A stretch of DNA of 64,000 nucleotides from Microgenomates group bacterium (GTDB taxonomy: Bacteria > Patescibacteriota > Microgenomatia > PFEM01 > JBNASD01): positions 143-64,142 of the forward strand of contig JBNASD010000003.1 of NCBI GenBank assembly GCA_049720225.1, given 5' to 3'. A program made the translations under genes and the position numbers. The notes beneath the pieces were generated by a model that was given only the letters and a program-made list of their open reading frames with translations, was not told the origin of the DNA and searched no databases. Of the stretch, positions 17,540-27,638 are shown in pieces. Numbering within the stretch: position 1 is the stretch's first letter; each line of letters starts with the position of its first letter.

Positions 17540-19525
17540 TTACATTCTCTTCGGGCATTCTATTCCCAACAATTCTAACCCATTTTTAATAATCTGCCCT
17601 ACCGCTGAAGTTAAAAGCAAACGAAAATGGCGAATATTTTCTTTCTGTTTTTCTTTTAATTTCTCGGAAACTTCATTTACTTCAGGTTCTAAAATTGGCC
17701 ATTTATTATAAAAGAAATTAAATTTCCCTGCCAAATCATATAAATAATTACAAATTAGATTAGGAGCAAAATTTTGCCCGGCTTCCAAAATTACTTCCGG
17801 AAACTTATAAATTTCTCGCAACAAAGCAATTTCTTCAGAATTTAATTTTAGAGATTTAAAATTTGAGCTTTGCGCTTTGAGCTTTGCGCTTTGAGCTTTG
17901 CGAAGCACACTTTGCGTCCGCGCGTAAGTATATTGTAAATAAGGACCGGAGTTCCCCTCCAAGGACAACGATTCATCAATATCAAAATAAATAGTGGTTT
18001 CTCGGGCAAACTTTAAAAGACTATATTTCAATGCTCCTCCTGCTACTTTTTCCGCCAAATTATCAAGTTGGTTTTTGGATAATTTTCCTCGTAATTCCTG
18101 ATTTGAGGCTTTAATAATCTCCAAAGCTTTGTTTTTTAATTCTTCCAGAATTTCATCGGCCATTACTACATCTCCTTTTCGGGTGGCCATTTTCCCTCCG
18201 CCTTTAAAATTAATTAAGGCATAACCTAAATGAAACAATTTTTCTTTTTTGGCGATTCCCAGTTGTTCGCAAATCGTAAATAATTGTTTAAAATATAAAC
18301 TTTGTTCTTCGCCAATACACCAAATATATAAATCTGAGGGAAATTTTTGGCACTTAAGTTTTGTTAATGCTAAATCTTGAGTGATATACAAAGCGGTTCC
18401 GTCAGATTTTTCTACCACCGTATCGGGTAAGTTATATTTTGATAGATTAGTTACCACCGCTCCTTCACTAAGGCGAAAAACCCCTTTTTTTAATCCCAGT
18501 TTGACAATTTCTTTTCCCAATTTATAGTGATCTGATTCATACCAAACCCAATCATGAATACTCCCTACTCGTTTATAAGTTTGGGCATAGCCATCAGCTG
18601 ACCAAGAAAGAATTTTTTGCCACAAAATTAATAGCGTTCCTTTTTTTGCTTTTCGGGGCGAAGAATATTTTTCTGCTTCTTCTTCCCAAGTCTTCAACAT
18701 CTCTCCTATTTCTTTTTTTACTCTCTCTGATAATTCATAAGCGCGGGAACCTAAAACATACCAACGTAAATTAGCGTGGTCGGGTTTAAGTTGTAAATCT
18801 TTATAAGTTAACCATTTTTTGGGATTTCTTAACCATTCTTCAAGTAGCTCCTGCCATTTCTTTTTAGCAATCACTTTTTTTATCTGCTGAGTGGTAATTT
18901 CCCGGAAATTTTTAAGGTGGGTTTTAGTTAAACCTGAGTTTTTGGAAGCAAAAACCAAATAACCCCAAAGCGCTTTACAAATATGAACTCCCCGATCGTT
19001 AACGACGCAGTCTTTAGTCACCTTTGCCCCCAAACTTTCCAAAATTCTAGACACCGTCATTCCTAAAAAATTATTCCGCAGATGCCCTAACATAATCGTT
19101 GTTTGGGGATTAGGACTGGTGTGTTCCAATAAAATTTTTTTACCCGCTAAAACAGAGGTTTGTCCAAATTTTTCTTTTTTTCTTAGCGCTTCAATAGCCT
19201 GATTGATAAGATAATCATTTTGGAGCCATATATTTATAAAACCTGGAGAAGCAACCTCTATTTTTCCTATAAAATCAGGAACGCCTTTTTCTCGAAAGGC
19301 ATTAACAATTGCATTGGCGAAATCTAAAGGATTAGAATATTTTTTTCCCAAAGAAGAAAAAAGTCTTAAAGCAACACCAGTGGCATAATCTCCATGGTCT
19401 TTTTCCAGAGGATGCTCTAAGGTAATAAAAGAGATATCTAATTTTTCTCCGGTAATTTTTTTAACCGCTTCCCCTAAAAGACAACGAATTTGATAATTTA
19501 AAGTTTCTTTATCTTCAAATTTCAT
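17540..19525 (-). CDS. argS: Arginine--tRNA ligase
   Basis: HGDYAT, PGFINIWL, EHTSPNP..MLGHLRN, KSDGTALY, KMATRKG, GNSGPYLQYTYAR, FNFFY. Confidence 0.95.
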   Translation of the reverse strand: MKFEDKETLNYQIRCLLGEAVKKITGEKLDISFITLEHPLEKDHGDYATGVALRLFSSLGKKYSNPLDFANAIVNAFREKGVPDFIGKIEVASPGFINIWLQNDYLINQAIEALRKKEKFGQTSVLAGKKILLEHTSPNPQTTIMLGHLRNNFLGMTVSRILESLGAKVTKDCVVNDRGVHICKALWGYLVFASKNSGLTKTHLKNFREITTQQIKKVIAKKKWQELLEEWLRNPKKWLTYKDLQLKPDHANLRWYVLGSRAYELSERVKKEIGEMLKTWEEEAEKYSSPRKAKKGTLLILWQKILSWSADGYAQTYKRVGSIHDWVWYESDHYKLGKEIVKLGLKKGVFRLSEGAVVTNLSKYNLPDTVVEKSDGTALYITQDLALTKLKCQKFPSDLYIWCIGEEQSLYFKQLFTICEQLGIAKKEKLFHLGYALINFKGGGKMATRKGDVVMADEILEELKNKALEIIKASNQELRGKLSKNQLDNLAEKVAGGALKYSLLKFARETTIYFDIDESLSLEGNSGPYLQYTYARTQSVLRKAQSAKLKAQSSNFKSLKLNSEEIALLREIYKFPEVILEAGQNFAPNLICNYLYDLAGKFNFFYNKWPILEPEVNEVSEKLKEKQKENIRHFRLLLTSAVGQIIKNGLELLGIECPKRM

Positions 19526-19569
19526 TGATTTATTTTATCATTTTTTTAAAATTTTGTTAAAATGAATTT

Positions 19570-19680
19570 ATGGATGAACCAAAGGAACAATCAATTCCTC
19601 CTTTAACTCCAACAGAATTAAAAGGAACTCCCGCTCGTCGACCAACAGCAGATGAATTTCGTCAACAAGCAGGAGTTTAG
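19570..19680 (+). CDS. Possible 36-aa small protein
   Basis: MDEPKEQSIPPLTPTELKGTPARRPTADEFRQQAGV*; TG-T-TAAAAT just upstream; codon-like GC island in an AT-rich gap. Confidence 0.35.
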   Translation: MDEPKEQSIPPLTPTELKGTPARRPTADEFRQQAGV

Positions 19681-19765
19681 TAGATAAATCAAAAGAAAAA
19701 AGATAGATTGCCCTTTCTAAAAATTCTAAAAAATTGGAATCGTTATTAAATTAAAATTAATAAAA

Positions 19766-21934
19766 TTAAATAATTCTTAAACTCCCCTTCTGAATATCAA
19801 CCTTTATCTTTTTCCCCGCTTTAATCTTCCCCTCCAAAATCCGTAAAGCAATTTCATCAACAATTTTCTCCTCCAAAACTCGCCTTAAAGGACGAGCACC
19901 AAAAACGGGGTCAAATCCTATTTTTACCAGATAATCCTTGGCTGAAGGAGAAACTTCTAAGGTCAATTTTTGTTCTCCTAATCGTTGATTTATTTTTTCT
20001 AACTCCTTTTCCAAAATTTGACGAATCATTTCTTGATCCAATGGCCGGTAAACTACAATTGCATCCAATCGATTAAGAAACTCCGGCCGGAAAAACCGAT
20101 GAACTAATTCCATTATCTTCCTTTCTTCCTCTTCATTGACACTTTTTGCCACCTGTCCAGTTTTGTCAATTCTTCCTTTTTTAATCTCTTCCTGAAAAAT
20201 TTCGCTTCCTAGATTGGAGGTTAAAATAATAATTGTATTGCGAAAATCAACTGTCCTTCCTCGCCCATCGGTTAACCGCCCATCATCTAAAATCTGTAAA
20301 AATAAATTAAAAACTTGAGGATGAGCTTTTTCTGCTTCGTCAAACAAAATCACGCTGTAAGGTTTACGCCGAACTGCTTCGGTTAACTGCCCCCCTTCTT
20401 CAAAACCAACATAACCAGGAGGAGCACCGATTAAACGGGAAACAGTGTGTGCTTCCTGATATTCTGATAAATCAATTCTAATTAAAGCTTTTTCGTCATT
20501 AAACAATGCCCAAGCTAACGCTTTGGCGGTTTCCGTTTTTCCCACTCCCGTTGGTCCTAAAAATAAAAACGAACCAATTGGCCGACGCGCCTCCGCCAAC
20601 CCTGAACGAGCTCGCCTGACTGCCCGGGCAATTTGTCTTAATGCTTCGTCTTGACCAATAACCCGCTGTTTCAACTCTTCTTCCAACTTAAGCAATCTTT
20701 CTGCTTCAGAAGTTAGTAATCTTGATACAGGAATCCCCGTCCAGCGAGAAACAATTTTGGCAATATCTTCTTCATCGACTGCCTCTTTTAATAAGCGCTC
20801 CTCAGGAGGAATTGCTAACCATTGTCTTTCTAATTCGGCAACCTCTTTCTCAATTTGGGGAATTTTGCCATATTTAAGCTCAGCTGCTTTGTTTAAATCA
20901 ACTTCTCGCTCTGCTTTTTCTAACTCTCCTTTCAATTTATCCAACTCCACCCTCTTTTCCTGAAGGCGAGAAATAATTCCTTTTTGCTCCTCCCAAGCTT
21001 TTTGGAGTTTAGCAAACTTATCTTTCAACTGCTTAATTTCTTCTTCCAATTTCTTTTTTCTTCCTTCCAGTCCCTTTTCTTTTTTTAAGGCGGCTAATTC
21101 TATTTCTAATTGGGTAATTTTTCGCTTTATCTCATCGAGGCTATAAGGCATTGAATCAATTTCGATTCTGGCTGAGGCGGCTGCCTCGTCAACCAAATCA
21201 ATAGCTTTATCAGGCAAAAATCGGTCGGTAATATAACGCACCGAAAGATTGACGGCAGCAATTAAAGCATCATCGGTAATTTTTACTCCATGATGAACTT
21301 CGTATTTTTCTTTAATCCCCCGCAAAATAGCCAAAGCATCTTCAGGTGTCGGTTCGTCAACATAAACTGGCTGAAATCGCCGTTCCAACGCCGCGTCTTT
21401 TTCAATATATTGACGATACTCCCGAACAGTAGTGGCGCCAATGGCATGTAAAGTTCCTCTGGCTAAAGCCGGTTTTAAAATATTACTGGCATCAACCGCT
21501 CCTTCTGCTCCACCAGCTCCAACGATGGTATGTAATTCATCAATAAATAAAATATAACGACCTTCGGATTCTTCAATTGCTTTAATTAATTTTTTTAACC
21601 GCTCTTCAAATTCTCCCCGAAAAGCAGTTCCTGCTAAAAGCGAAGCAATGTCTAAGGCTAAAATTTCTTTATTAGCTAAAGTTTGGGGGACATCACCACT
21701 CACGATTCGCTGCGCTAAACCTTCAACAATAGCAGTTTTCCCTACTCCCGGATCGCCTAATAAAACGGGGTTGTTTTTGGTTCTTCGAGATAAAATTTGC
21801 ATTACCCGGCGAATTTCATAATCACGACCAATTATCGGGTCTAATTTTCCTGCCCGGGCTTTTTCAGTTAAATTTATAGTATATTTCTCTAAAGGATTTC
21901 CCTGGTCTTGAGGTGGTTCGTAGTGAAGTTCCAT
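19766..21934 (-). CDS. clpB: ClpB-type AAA+ chaperone lacking the N-terminal domain
   Basis: GDPGVGKT and GPTGVGKT Walker A motifs; coiled-coil M domain (KAAELKYG); GARPLRR. Confidence 0.92.
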   Translation of the reverse strand: MELHYEPPQDQGNPLEKYTINLTEKARAGKLDPIIGRDYEIRRVMQILSRRTKNNPVLLGDPGVGKTAIVEGLAQRIVSGDVPQTLANKEILALDIASLLAGTAFRGEFEERLKKLIKAIEESEGRYILFIDELHTIVGAGGAEGAVDASNILKPALARGTLHAIGATTVREYRQYIEKDAALERRFQPVYVDEPTPEDALAILRGIKEKYEVHHGVKITDDALIAAVNLSVRYITDRFLPDKAIDLVDEAAASARIEIDSMPYSLDEIKRKITQLEIELAALKKEKGLEGRKKKLEEEIKQLKDKFAKLQKAWEEQKGIISRLQEKRVELDKLKGELEKAEREVDLNKAAELKYGKIPQIEKEVAELERQWLAIPPEERLLKEAVDEEDIAKIVSRWTGIPVSRLLTSEAERLLKLEEELKQRVIGQDEALRQIARAVRRARSGLAEARRPIGSFLFLGPTGVGKTETAKALAWALFNDEKALIRIDLSEYQEAHTVSRLIGAPPGYVGFEEGGQLTEAVRRKPYSVILFDEAEKAHPQVFNLFLQILDDGRLTDGRGRTVDFRNTIIILTSNLGSEIFQEEIKKGRIDKTGQVAKSVNEEEERKIMELVHRFFRPEFLNRLDAIVVYRPLDQEMIRQILEKELEKINQRLGEQKLTLEVSPSAKDYLVKIGFDPVFGARPLRRVLEEKIVDEIALRILEGKIKAGKKIKVDIQKGSLRII

Positions 21935-21972
21935 ATAAATATTTTAATTAATTTCTTTCTAAAAAACAATTT

Positions 21973-22009
21973 CCCTAGGTGTCAATATAAATCCACCCCT
22001 TAGGTGGGA
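21973..22009 (+). repeat. REP-like element, long form (copy 1)
   Basis: CCCTAGGTGTC-N9-CCACCCCTTAGGTGGGA. Confidence 0.85.
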
Positions 22010-22068
22010 AAGGTTGGAAGAGGGCGAAAAAAATTTATTAAATACAACAATTATCGTTAAGGATATTT

Positions 22069-22896
22069 TTAATATAAAGCTTCGTTTAGTCTTTCTCCTA
22101 TTCTTCTTAACAAACCAAATCGCCAACCAAAGGGAACTTCTACTCTTAAAAACTTTATTGAAGATCCTGATTCTTTGGTAGCTTTAGTTAATTCCCATAA
22201 AATTCCCTTTCTTTGAAAAAATAACTTTAAGTCCTTAGAAGTAGGAGGATGAATATCTACTACTTCAATCCAGGGCAAAAAATCCCTCCATTGCCTTTCC
22301 CATTGAGAAAAATTTTGAGTAGGCCTTCCTCTTAAACTAATACTTGGTGAAGTTGGTAATGAAAGAAGATGAGCGGGATCAAAAACTAAACCTAATCCCT
22401 GCTGCTCTTGAAGCCAATCTTTAAATTGAAAATAGGAAAGTGAGATGCCAGGATTAATCTCTAAAATCGTCCTTCCTGGAAATCTTTCAATCATCTCTAC
22501 TTCATGGGTAATAAATTTTGCGGTTGAAAAAATTTCCATTAAATAATCAACCATTTTCCTACTGGTATCTTTTCCGGGAAACAAAGAGTCTTGAAGAATC
22601 GAACGGCTTTTATCTCCTAAAACTCTTTTGAAATAACCAAAAATTCCTTCTGCCACCGCCATTGGTAAAAAATCGTAAGGAGTTGGATTCCAAGCGTCTT
22701 CAATATGAACAATTGTTAATGGTAGTAAAGGAATTTCCTTTTTTTGAGAAATTCCTCTAAAAGGAAGAAGGCAAGCATAAGAATATCCTGCCTCTACTAC
22801 TTTTTGACACAAAAAAGCAAAAGTCTTTTCAGTAAGCGTAAGAGGCAAACCTCCTGCCAAATTACACTCCAAGTCTAAAGATTTTCTTTCCTTCAT
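22069..22896 (-). CDS. Hypothetical protein, possibly xylose-isomerase-like TIM barrel
   Basis: ILEIN, VFDPAHL, VDIH, RVE spacing resembles metal ligands of that fold. Confidence 0.5.
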   Translation of the reverse strand: MKERKSLDLECNLAGGLPLTLTEKTFAFLCQKVVEAGYSYACLLPFRGISQKKEIPLLPLTIVHIEDAWNPTPYDFLPMAVAEGIFGYFKRVLGDKSRSILQDSLFPGKDTSRKMVDYLMEIFSTAKFITHEVEMIERFPGRTILEINPGISLSYFQFKDWLQEQQGLGLVFDPAHLLSLPTSPSISLRGRPTQNFSQWERQWRDFLPWIEVVDIHPPTSKDLKLFFQRKGILWELTKATKESGSSIKFLRVEVPFGWRFGLLRRIGERLNEALY

Positions 22897-22935
22897 TGAG
22901 GAAATTATACTATAAGATATAGGAATAATCCAAAT

Positions 22936-22952
22936 CCACCCCTTAGGTGGGA
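22936..22952 (+). repeat. REP-like hairpin (copy 2)
   Basis: CCACCCCTTAGGTGGGA. Confidence 0.85.
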
Positions 22953-22982
22953 AGTAAAAAATAAAAATGATAAAATGAAAAG

Positions 22983-23957
22983 GTGGGGCAAAAAATTTCC
23001 AAAAAGGAAAAATCTCCCAATGAAATTGCCAAACAATTTCATTGGGATTTTAACTGGCTAAATTTAAATCAATCAGAAAAAGAAATTGATAATTTTTTAG
23101 CAAACCAATCGAAATTTTTTCCTTCCAATCCTCAAAAAATTTTAGAAATTTTTCAAGACGGAATTTCATTAACTAATAAAGCCTGGCAAACTCTTTTTCC
23201 TCAATCCCCTCCTTTATATTATCACAATCAAGATCACGCCGTTATAACCGGGATTATTACTTTTAAATTATTTTTGGGAGCAATTGTTTACCATCAACTA
23301 AAAATTTCTCGAGCTGAAAACCTTATTCAGCTTATTTATCTTGTCTCCCTTTTTCATGAAATTAATGATTGGTGGAATCTTCCTTCTCTTCGTCAAGAAA
23401 AAGGTTATTCGCAAAGATTTAATGAAGTTAAAAACTTAATTCTTCATTACTTTAAAGAAAATCAACTTTCTTCTTTTGATTTTAACCGTCTTTTATTATT
23501 AAACAACTTTAATAAATCACCTTTAGAAGGTATCTTTGAAGCGAAAAATTTAAATCCAAAGGATAAAGAAAATTTTCTGCCCCTTAATAATGTTCCTTCC
23601 TTAATTGATTCTCTCTCCTCTTCTTATCAAAATCTTCTTTGGCAAATTTTTAGTAACTGTCTGAATGCGGCTGATTTTTTTCAAGTCCTTAATCCGGCTC
23701 ATAAAAAAGAGGTAAATATTTTAGTGGGAAATAAAATCTATCCCAATAAAAGACAAGGAGCGGTTGTTCTTGCCGTTGAATGCCAAAAAATAAGACCAAA
23801 GGCGTTAAAAAAATTGGGATGGGCTAATAAAGAAGGAAAAATTGACTGGAATAAAGTAAAAACTACCAAAGAATTTCTAATTTTTGCCAAAGAAAGAATT
23901 AAACCCGCTTTGCCATACTTAGAATTTTTTAAAAGGTTTTCCTCTTCGGAAAAATAA
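22983..23957 (+). CDS. HD/PDEase-like hypothetical protein
   Basis: YYHNQDHA, LFHE (HD-like), AADF. Confidence 0.55.
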   Translation: MGQKISKKEKSPNEIAKQFHWDFNWLNLNQSEKEIDNFLANQSKFFPSNPQKILEIFQDGISLTNKAWQTLFPQSPPLYYHNQDHAVITGIITFKLFLGAIVYHQLKISRAENLIQLIYLVSLFHEINDWWNLPSLRQEKGYSQRFNEVKNLILHYFKENQLSSFDFNRLLLLNNFNKSPLEGIFEAKNLNPKDKENFLPLNNVPSLIDSLSSSYQNLLWQIFSNCLNAADFFQVLNPAHKKEVNILVGNKIYPNKRQGAVVLAVECQKIRPKALKKLGWANKEGKIDWNKVKTTKEFLIFAKERIKPALPYLEFFKRFSSSEK

Positions 23958-24028
23958 TTGACAAAATTAGATAAGTGGTAAAAAATGTTAAAAAAATATT
24001 TAGACGATACTCTTATTAGTTTAATAAA

Positions 24029-25303
24029 ATGAAAAAACTCTTTTTGCTTTTGGTAATAATTCTTGGCTCGGCTATTGCTTTTTCTGCCGGTTGGTTTAGT
24101 CGTGGGTTAATAATTAAAAGAAATCCTTCTCCTTCTAATCCCCATTTAGCCTTTTTGGAAGAAGTTAAGGAAACTATTAAACAAAACTACTGGGAAAGAA
24201 TTCCCGAGGAACAATTAGGGGAACTTTTTTTATCCGCTGGAGAAAAAGTCAGTGGCCAACCCCAATTAAGAAAAAAAACTGACCCCCAAACTCTCTGGCA
24301 AAGCCTTGAAAAAATTTTGGAAAAAATTCCGGAAGAAAAAAAGATTGATTTTGTTACTCAAGTCGCAGACTTAGTTTTAACCAATCTCCAACCTGTTGAT
24401 CGTTCTCGCCTTTACACCCAAAAAGAAGAAAAATCATTAGCAGAAGCAGTTTACAATGTCACTAATGAAGATTTTTATCAAACTTTAGAAGTACCCAAAC
24501 AAGCTAATGAAGAAGAAATTACCAAAGCTTACCAAGAAAAAAAGACTCAACTAGAAAAAGAAGCTTCTTTTTCTCCTACCGCTTCCGCTCAGTTAAAAAA
24601 ACTTCAAAAGGCTTACCAAACTTTAAGTGAAAAAGAAAACCGTCAATTTTATGACCAAGCAGGAATTGAACCAACAATTGAATACGCTTTATTACATCCT
24701 GATGTTTTACACTTACATTTAAAAAAGATCTCCCCTACTTCTCTGGAGGAACTCCAACGAGTTACCCAAAAATTTGATAAAGACGGTGGGCCAACAAGTT
24801 TAATTTTGGATTTACGTGATAATGTGGGCGGATCGCTGGATATTTTACCTTATTTACTTGGTCCTTTTATTGGCCCGGATAGCGAAGCTTTTCGTCTTTA
24901 TCAGCAAGGAGAAAAACACCCTTTTCGCACCCAAACTGGTTGGTTACCTTCTTTGGTTCGTTATAAAAAGGTAGTCATTTTAATCAATCAAAATACTCAA
25001 TCCTCAGCGGAAGCAATGGCGGGAGCGTTAAAAAAATATAATGTCGGTGTTTTGGTAGGAACACCAACTAAGGGCTGGGGTACGATAGAAAGAGTCTTTC
25101 CTCTTACCAACCAAATCTCTCAAAATATAAAATACTCTATCTTTTTAGTACACAGCCTTGTTTTAGCGGATGATGGTCAACCCATTGAAGGGAGAGGAAT
25201 TCAACCTACGATTGATATTAACAATCCCAACTGGAAAAAAGAATTAGAAAATTACTTTAATTATCCTTCTTTAATTGAAGCGGTTTCTCAATTAGTAAAA
25301 TAA
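24029..25303 (+). CDS. S41 family peptidase with an inserted J-domain-like segment
   Basis: N-terminal TM; LILDLRDNVGG, NTQSSAE, IEGRGIQP; DFYQTLEV...KAYQTLS..ENRQFYDQ. Confidence 0.8.
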   Translation: MKKLFLLLVIILGSAIAFSAGWFSRGLIIKRNPSPSNPHLAFLEEVKETIKQNYWERIPEEQLGELFLSAGEKVSGQPQLRKKTDPQTLWQSLEKILEKIPEEKKIDFVTQVADLVLTNLQPVDRSRLYTQKEEKSLAEAVYNVTNEDFYQTLEVPKQANEEEITKAYQEKKTQLEKEASFSPTASAQLKKLQKAYQTLSEKENRQFYDQAGIEPTIEYALLHPDVLHLHLKKISPTSLEELQRVTQKFDKDGGPTSLILDLRDNVGGSLDILPYLLGPFIGPDSEAFRLYQQGEKHPFRTQTGWLPSLVRYKKVVILINQNTQSSAEAMAGALKKYNVGVLVGTPTKGWGTIERVFPLTNQISQNIKYSIFLVHSLVLADDGQPIEGRGIQPTIDINNPNWKKELENYFNYPSLIEAVSQLVK

Positions 25304-25307
25304 ACCT

Positions 25308-26282
25308 TTAATTAACCAGATACCATTTTTTTCCATCACTTACTATCTCAATTTCTCCCTCTAAATCAGTGCGGTAAACTTCTATTCCTAATGATTTTAA
25401 TCTTTCTAAAACTTCAGCAGTGGGATGTCCCCACCGATTATTGGCTCCCACGGAAATTATTGCTATTTTAGGATTGATGGTTTTTAAAAACTCTTCAGAA
25501 CTGGAATATTTGCTTCCGTGATGAGGTATTTTTAAAACTTCAATTTCCCTAGGATTAAATTGATAGAAAGAAATAATTTTCTTCTCCTCTTTTATTCCAA
25601 TATCACCAGTTAATAAAGCTTGAAAATCACCAAACTCTAAAAGACTAACAATGGAAGTTTCGTTGAGATTACCTTTAAATGAAACAAAGGTAGTTCCCAA
25701 CACCGAAGAATTCGAAACCAAATTTTCCTTAGCAGACCAATCTTTAGTTTGCCAAATAATTTCTTCTCCTAATCTCTCTTCGGGAAATAAAATTTCTAAA
25801 TTAATTTCGCCAATTTTTATTCTTTCTCCTTGATGGGGGCTATAAACGGGAATTGCCCTTTTGACTACTTCTTCCCGAAATTTTTGAAAAACTCCACTTT
25901 CTGCTATTAAAGAATTACTAATAATCTGTAATATTTTATATCTTTCTATAACAGAAACTAAACCGGTTAGATGATCAAATTCCGGATGAGTTAAAATCAC
26001 TAACTCAATTTGGCGATCCCAAAAGGGCAAATGTTTGCTTAAGCAGATTAAAACTTTTTCGTTAGGTCCACCGTCTACTAAAATTTGGTTTTTCCCTTTG
26101 GTAATTAAAATTGCGTCTCCCTGTCCTACATCGCAAAAAACTAAATGAAGTTTATTATCGGGAAATTGAAAAACCGCTCCCCAAATTAAACCTGTTAATA
26201 AAAATAGAAAAATGAAAATAATCCTAAAAAAATTACGACTCATATTAATTGACAATTTTGGACAGGTGTCTGAAAATGTCAA
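25308..26282 (-). CDS. ComEC-associated metallo-beta-lactamase-fold protein
   Basis: DVGQGDA, THPEFDH, LLTGD, PHHGSK, SVGANNRWGHP, RTD. Confidence 0.9.
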   Translation of the reverse strand: MTFSDTCPKLSINMSRNFFRIIFIFLFLLTGLIWGAVFQFPDNKLHLVFCDVGQGDAILITKGKNQILVDGGPNEKVLICLSKHLPFWDRQIELVILTHPEFDHLTGLVSVIERYKILQIISNSLIAESGVFQKFREEVVKRAIPVYSPHQGERIKIGEINLEILFPEERLGEEIIWQTKDWSAKENLVSNSSVLGTTFVSFKGNLNETSIVSLLEFGDFQALLTGDIGIKEEKKIISFYQFNPREIEVLKIPHHGSKYSSSEEFLKTINPKIAIISVGANNRWGHPTAEVLERLKSLGIEVYRTDLEGEIEIVSDGKKWYLVN

Positions 26283-26305
26283 AAATTTAAATTTAAATTT
26301 TAACT

Positions 26306-27550
26306 TTATTTTTTTCTTTTTTTAGAAAAATACCAAAAAATTCCCAAAATCAAATAATACCCTATCTCTAACCACAAAGGAAAATTTTCTGTTTTAATTA
26401 CTCCCCATGGAATTCTGGCAAAAAAATCAATAATTTTAATCATTAAAGTCAACGGTACCCAAGCAAACCAACTAGCAATTTGGGCAAAAGAGTGACAAAA
26501 TAAACCAAAAAATAAGATAATAAGACCTAAAATCATTAATAAGGGGATAAAGGGTAACACCAAAAGATTAACTAACGGGGAAAACAAACTAATTTGACCA
26601 AAATTGGCCAACAAAACCGGTAATACTCCCATTTGAGCCCCTAACGTTGTTTTTAAATTTTCCCCTGCCGCTGGTATATTAAAAATTTTTCCTTTTAAAC
26701 AAGGACCAATCAATAAAATTCCCCCCGTCGCTAAAAAAGATAATTGAAATCCCCTATCAAAATATATCAAAGGATTAATTAGTAGCATAACTCCCGCTGA
26801 AAAAATCAATGCCCTTAAAGCGTCTTTTTCTCTTCCTAAAAATTGTGCCAAATAAGTTAAGCTTCCCATAATAGCCGCCCGTACAATTGGTGGCTCTCCA
26901 CCCGCCATTAAGGTATAAATCAATATTCCTAAAAAAGAAATCACTAATGCATATTGCCGACGGATAAATTTAGTTAAAAAAACAATTAAGAGCCCAGCAA
27001 TCACGGTGATATTATATCCCGAGGCAACCACGAGATGAATCGTACCTGTTTTCCGCAAATTTTGCGTAAATTTTGCCGGCATTTGTTTTTTGGCTCCTAA
27101 AACAATGCCGGAAATTAAGCTTGCTTGAGGCTCAGGTAACACGGAAGAAAAAGTCTTTTCTAATCGCTGGCGAAAAAATAAAATTCCCTTAACTAATTTT
27201 CTTTGATTAATTAAACTCTCCTCTTCAGAAACAACATGGATGGTTGGATAATTAAATACAAACGACTTTTGAAATTTATTTATCAGCATTACGGTTGGTT
27301 TGCCAATAATTTCTAATTTTTGACCATAAAAATACTCAGGAAAAGGCTCGGTAACCACCAAAAATTGACCTAACCTAATGATCTGTTTTGATGCACTAAG
27401 ATAAGGTTGTTGGGAAACACGGGCGGTAACTTTTAAAGAAACACCTGGAGGAAGATTTTTAATTAAAGATAAAGAGGTTTGCCATAAACGAAAAAGGTAA
27501 AAAGAAAGAAAAACAATTAAAAAAACAAACCATCGCATATAATAAACCAA
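26306..27550 (-). CDS. comEC: ComEC/Rec2 competence channel (membrane domain)
   Basis: TGTIHLVVASGYN, IVRAAIM, GFQLSFLAT; multiple TMs. Confidence 0.92.
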   Translation of the reverse strand: MVYYMRWFVFLIVFLSFYLFRLWQTSLSLIKNLPPGVSLKVTARVSQQPYLSASKQIIRLGQFLVVTEPFPEYFYGQKLEIIGKPTVMLINKFQKSFVFNYPTIHVVSEEESLINQRKLVKGILFFRQRLEKTFSSVLPEPQASLISGIVLGAKKQMPAKFTQNLRKTGTIHLVVASGYNITVIAGLLIVFLTKFIRRQYALVISFLGILIYTLMAGGEPPIVRAAIMGSLTYLAQFLGREKDALRALIFSAGVMLLINPLIYFDRGFQLSFLATGGILLIGPCLKGKIFNIPAAGENLKTTLGAQMGVLPVLLANFGQISLFSPLVNLLVLPFIPLLMILGLIILFFGLFCHSFAQIASWFAWVPLTLMIKIIDFFARIPWGVIKTENFPLWLEIGYYLILGIFWYFSKKRKK

Positions 27551-27573
27551 AATTTAAAAGAAATTAATTAAAG

Positions 27574-27637
27574 TTTTGAATTTTGGTCATTTGAATTTTG
27601 AAATTGTTTAGGATTTAGAATTTTGAATTTAGAATTT
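27574..27637. repeat. Solo heptamer array matching the 5' flank of the four-helix-bundle gene
   Basis: 25-nt identity to 17476..17500, then taggatt tagaatt ttgaatt tagaatt. Confidence 0.75.
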
Positions 27638-27638
27638 T

